This document shows, one piece after another, positions 60,900 through 64,000 of a stretch of DNA of 64,000 nucleotides. The position numbers were made by a program, and so were the translations under genes. The notes under the pieces were generated by a model that was not told the origin of the DNA, did no database searches, and saw only the letters and a list, made by a program, of their open reading frames with translations. The DNA is taken from the NCBI GenBank assembly GCA_963783575.1, contig CAWAOD010000009.1, forward strand, positions 96,001 to 160,000. Direction: 5' to 3'. Position 1 is the first letter of the stretch, and every line of letters begins with the position of its first letter. Origin of the DNA: an uncultured Spirochaetota bacterium. Lineage in GTDB: Bacteria > Spirochaetota > Brevinematia > Brevinematales > JAOACQ01.

Positions 60900-61601
60900 T
60901 TATTTCCTGCCCCTCGGGCAGACTGAAACGCAAATCCCGCATAAACTGATATCCTTTCCGAAATTTTTTCTCGATAACCTTCGGTTATTCTCCCGGCATT
61001 TAAATGGATCGAAGAATTCGTTCCTGTCGATATTTACATTCCAAAGCCTGCCGCTGGCGGCCTTCGCAGGGCAGCAATCCACACAAACTGAACATGATCC
61101 GCACATGCTTTCCTCTACCGGCTCATTTGCCGGTATGACCGGGACGCCGATAAGGATGGACGCAAGTCTTACCCTTGGACCGAATCTCTTGGAGACAAAT
61201 AAAGCTGTTTTACCTATCCAGCCAAGACCGGCCCGTGTTGCCGCCATTTTATGTGAAAAATCAAGCCTAAGCGTCTGAAAATATTCATCGCCGAGCTCGC
61301 TGTCCTCAACAGTGGACTGAATGCCGCGGGATGAGATTCCTTCCGTTTTTAATAGAGAACAAATTTTGTCAATACAGGTATTCAATTCTCTGTTTATATC
61401 ATTATAATGATTATAATATTCTAAAGTCGGCCCACCATAAATTGAATCGATAATTTCATCATCCAGTTTTCTGATTATTGCAATACCGGATTGAAAATCT
61501 TTATAATCCGGCGGCAGAAGGCCTTTTAGATCGGCAAAACCGAATTCATAATAAAGGTCTGGAAGTTCAGACAATAAAATTCTTTCAATAACTTTCTGCA
61601 T
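60900..61601 (-). CDS. QueG-like 4Fe-4S protein
   Basis: SHKMAATRAGLGWIGK, GPRVRL, CGSCSVCVDCCP, CGICVSVCP; likely start MQKVIE. Confidence 0.85.
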   Translation of the reverse strand: MQKVIERILLSELPDLYYEFGFADLKGLLPPDYKDFQSGIAIIRKLDDEIIDSIYGGPTLEYYNHYNDINRELNTCIDKICSLLKTEGISSRGIQSTVEDSELGDEYFQTLRLDFSHKMAATRAGLGWIGKTALFVSKRFGPRVRLASILIGVPVIPANEPVEESMCGSCSVCVDCCPAKAASGRLWNVNIDRNEFFDPFKCRENNRRLSRKNFGKDISLCGICVSVCPRGRK

Positions 61602-61716
61602 ATTTCCATCCATAACAAACTTAACAAGTCCGGAGTTTTGTATGTCCAGACCTACACTTATCAAAATTCCCTTAAATTGATTGTTAATGTTCTGGCCGAT
61701 GCCAGAATATTCACAA

Positions 61717-62672
61717 TCAATAGGGGTCCCACTCAACATCCGCAAAATCCTCGGGTTTTGTCCTTTCCCAGCGGTCATGCAAAAGCGAAAACCACTGGTC
61801 GGGATACATCCGTATATACTCTTCATACCGGCTGTTTATCCAGGCCATTACACTTTCGCAGTCTTTCTCCATATCCCCGGTATTCTCAAATTTAACGGCG
61901 TCCTCGAAAGTAATTAAATATTTCCCGTCCGGCTGCCGTATTGAAAAAGCCATCATCAGCGGAGCCCATATTTCAGATGAAGCTTTGCCGGCCCATCTGC
62001 AACTGCGCTCTGCATTCCGAAAAAAGGCACAAAGATCGGTTTGAAATAATAGGTTTGATCAGCCATCGTACCTATAATGCCGCCGCTTTTCAAATGCCTT
62101 ATAATCCTTATAAGGTCTCCCACCTCATTGTAAAAACACTTAACCTGTCCCCCTTTTTCACGGATTTTCCTCAGCCAGGCATCGGTATAAGGATTGAATT
62201 GCCTGTTTATTATTACACCGGCATTATTACCCAATTTAGCGGCTATACTGCAGAGATATTCCCAGTTTCCAAGATGCGCCGAAACGACGATAAGGCCCTT
62301 TCCTTCGCTTAAAGCTTTATCCATTTTCTCATAGCCATCCATTTCGATAAAATCATGATAATTATCCTTTTTGAGCGATCCGATCTTTAAATACTCAATC
62401 ATGCCTATTGCAGCATTAACCAGAAGCCTGCGGATAATTTTATCCTTTTCCTCCGGAATCAAGGGTTTATTCTTAAATATTATATCAAGGTTCCTATACG
62501 CTATATATTTATAATTGCCGGTAAAATAATAAAGAATCTTTGCTAAAAAACCAATAACACTTCTTGCTGTCTTTATCGGCAGTAAACTTAATAACTTACC
62601 TGCCGGTACTAGAAGACAATATTCCAGAATATATGAAATTTTTTGTACAAACCGGACTCTTCTTCTTCCCAA
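61717..62672 (-). CDS. Lipid A late acyltransferase (LpxL/HtrB family), frameshifted
   Basis: AHLGNWE, ADQ, VPFFG; YPDQWF...RW in the second frame. Confidence 0.88.
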
Positions 62673-62693
62673 AACATCCCTCCGAAAAATAAG

Positions 62694-63572
62694 CTATAAA
62701 TTGCCATTATTGTAAATCAGGGCAAAATCTTCATACCTGATTCGCAAACCCTTACCGGCAAATGTTTTGTAAGGCTTACCTGCAATTTTTCCATCCAATA
62801 TATTTTCAACACAAAATATAAGCGACCGGATAATTTTTTTATCAACAGGATTTTTCCCATGACCGGAAAAAATTTGTTCAAATTTGCCGGAAATTGAATC
62901 CAGATATTTCAAACTATTCAAATATATGCTTAACGGCATCGATTCTTCCAGATGAAGCCATACTTCTCCGCTGATAACAGTATCGCCTGAAAATAAAATC
63001 CCTGATGCTGAATCAATGAGTGCAATACATCCTGCGGTATGGCCAGGTAAAGCAATAGCCTCTATTATCCTACCGCCCAGATCAAATATATCGCCGTTTT
63101 TCAACGGTAATATTTTTGTCGGTATATCATCAAATGAAGCATTTATCCAGGCATCTTTTGAAAAACCCGCCGGTAATCCTTTACCGGAAAAATGACGGAT
63201 CATATCACTTCTATTTTTTTTAGAAAAACAACTATCCAGTAATTTCATATCTTCAGTTGCAATATATACTTCCTGGAAAAGATAATCCCCTCCAGCATGA
63301 TCGGGATGGACATGTGTATTGACTACAACAATCTGAAGGTTAGTAATTGAGGTTATTATTTCTACAAGATTGCCGATGCCCCAGCCTGTATCTACAAGAA
63401 GACATTTTTTACTTCCGCAGACAAGATAGGAGATGACGCTTTTATGGTCATCGATTATCCAGATATCATCGGAAATTTTTTTTGTTTCAAAACAATGTTC
63501 GTTAATTCCCGACAAGTTTTTATCCTCCGTATAAAGCCATTTATTATCAATTAATTCAGCGCTAATATGCAT
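62694..63572 (-). CDS. MBL-fold metallo-hydrolase
   Basis: THVHPDHAGG, PGHTAG, FSGD, GHG. Confidence 0.92.
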   Translation of the reverse strand: MHISAELIDNKWLYTEDKNLSGINEHCFETKKISDDIWIIDDHKSVISYLVCGSKKCLLVDTGWGIGNLVEIITSITNLQIVVVNTHVHPDHAGGDYLFQEVYIATEDMKLLDSCFSKKNRSDMIRHFSGKGLPAGFSKDAWINASFDDIPTKILPLKNGDIFDLGGRIIEAIALPGHTAGCIALIDSASGILFSGDTVISGEVWLHLEESMPLSIYLNSLKYLDSISGKFEQIFSGHGKNPVDKKIIRSLIFCVENILDGKIAGKPYKTFAGKGLRIRYEDFALIYNNGNL

Positions 63573-63631
63573 GCTTGATCCACTGCAATATATATTGTAT
63601 TGAATTTAATATCGATCAAGCGGAACGCTTG

Positions 63632-64000
63632 TTATTGATGATAGTCCTTTAGAAAATCCGCCAGCCTTTCGGCGACAATTTTCATTTCTTCAACTGGCGG
63701 CAGGAATACAACGCGGAAGTGATCCGGTTCAGGCCAGTTAAATCCCATTCCACGGACTAGCATAACCTTTTTCTGACGCAGAAAATCCAGGACAAATTTC
63801 TCATCATCCCTGATATTGAATCTTTTTATATCAATCTTCGGAAATAAATAGAGTGCGCCTTTGGGTTTATTGCATGACAAGCCTGGTATATCATTGAAAA
63901 GACTGTAGGAAAAATCTCTCTGTTCCTTCAGCCTTCCGCCCGGTTTTATTAATTCCGTAAGGCTTTGATGTCCGCCAAGAGCCGTTTGTATCGTAAGCTG
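63632..64000 (-). CDS. Class I/II aminotransferase (AlaA-like), C-terminal part
   Basis: IQTALGGHQ...PGGRL...KPKGALYLFPKID...GFNWPEPDHFRVVFLP. Confidence 0.88.
   Translation of the reverse strand, partial: QLTIQTALGGHQSLTELIKPGGRLKEQRDFSYSLFNDIPGLSCNKPKGALYLFPKIDIKRFNIRDDEKFVLDFLRQKKVMLVRGMGFNWPEPDHFRVVFLPPVEEMKIVAERLADFLKDYHQ

Noticed and set aside
61602..61826. N-terminal extension of the QueG-like ORF
   Set aside because: It overlaps the lpxL 3' end; family similarity begins near 61601

Overview
This is a low-GC bacterial chromosome segment, most likely from a spirochaete (inferred from the rpsT-HU/Hbb pairing, rplU-prp-rpmA with a short L27, a DUF1577-like PilZ protein and a solitary flgI). 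Most of it is housekeeping: ruvB, fabG, cdaA-cdaR, mltG, ribosomal proteins, aroF-tyrA-ispH, leuA, queF, yebC and envelope/lipid A genes. About ten genes are split by 1-bp frameshifts, probably long-read consensus errors. An AT-rich accessory block at ~24.5-33.9 kb looks like an integrase-less, decaying cassette array: co-oriented minus-strand genes behind a consensus promoter, separated by long branched attC-like repeats. It carries a SIR2-like gene split by an IS630 inside its GAGAS motif, a BrnT/BrnA-like TA pair and a PD-(D/E)xK nuclease, and an IS21 sits in the loop of one repeat. Other highlights are a candidate sigma54-dependent C-rich sRNA (~17.45 kb), two tandem DUF2723/TMEM260-like half-genes, a divergent FlgA, a second Hsp70 with its own J protein, an inverted octamer-repeat element and a hidden Leu-rich leader before leuA. 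No tRNA, rRNA or CRISPR array was seen. All family calls come from motifs read by eye, not from database searches.
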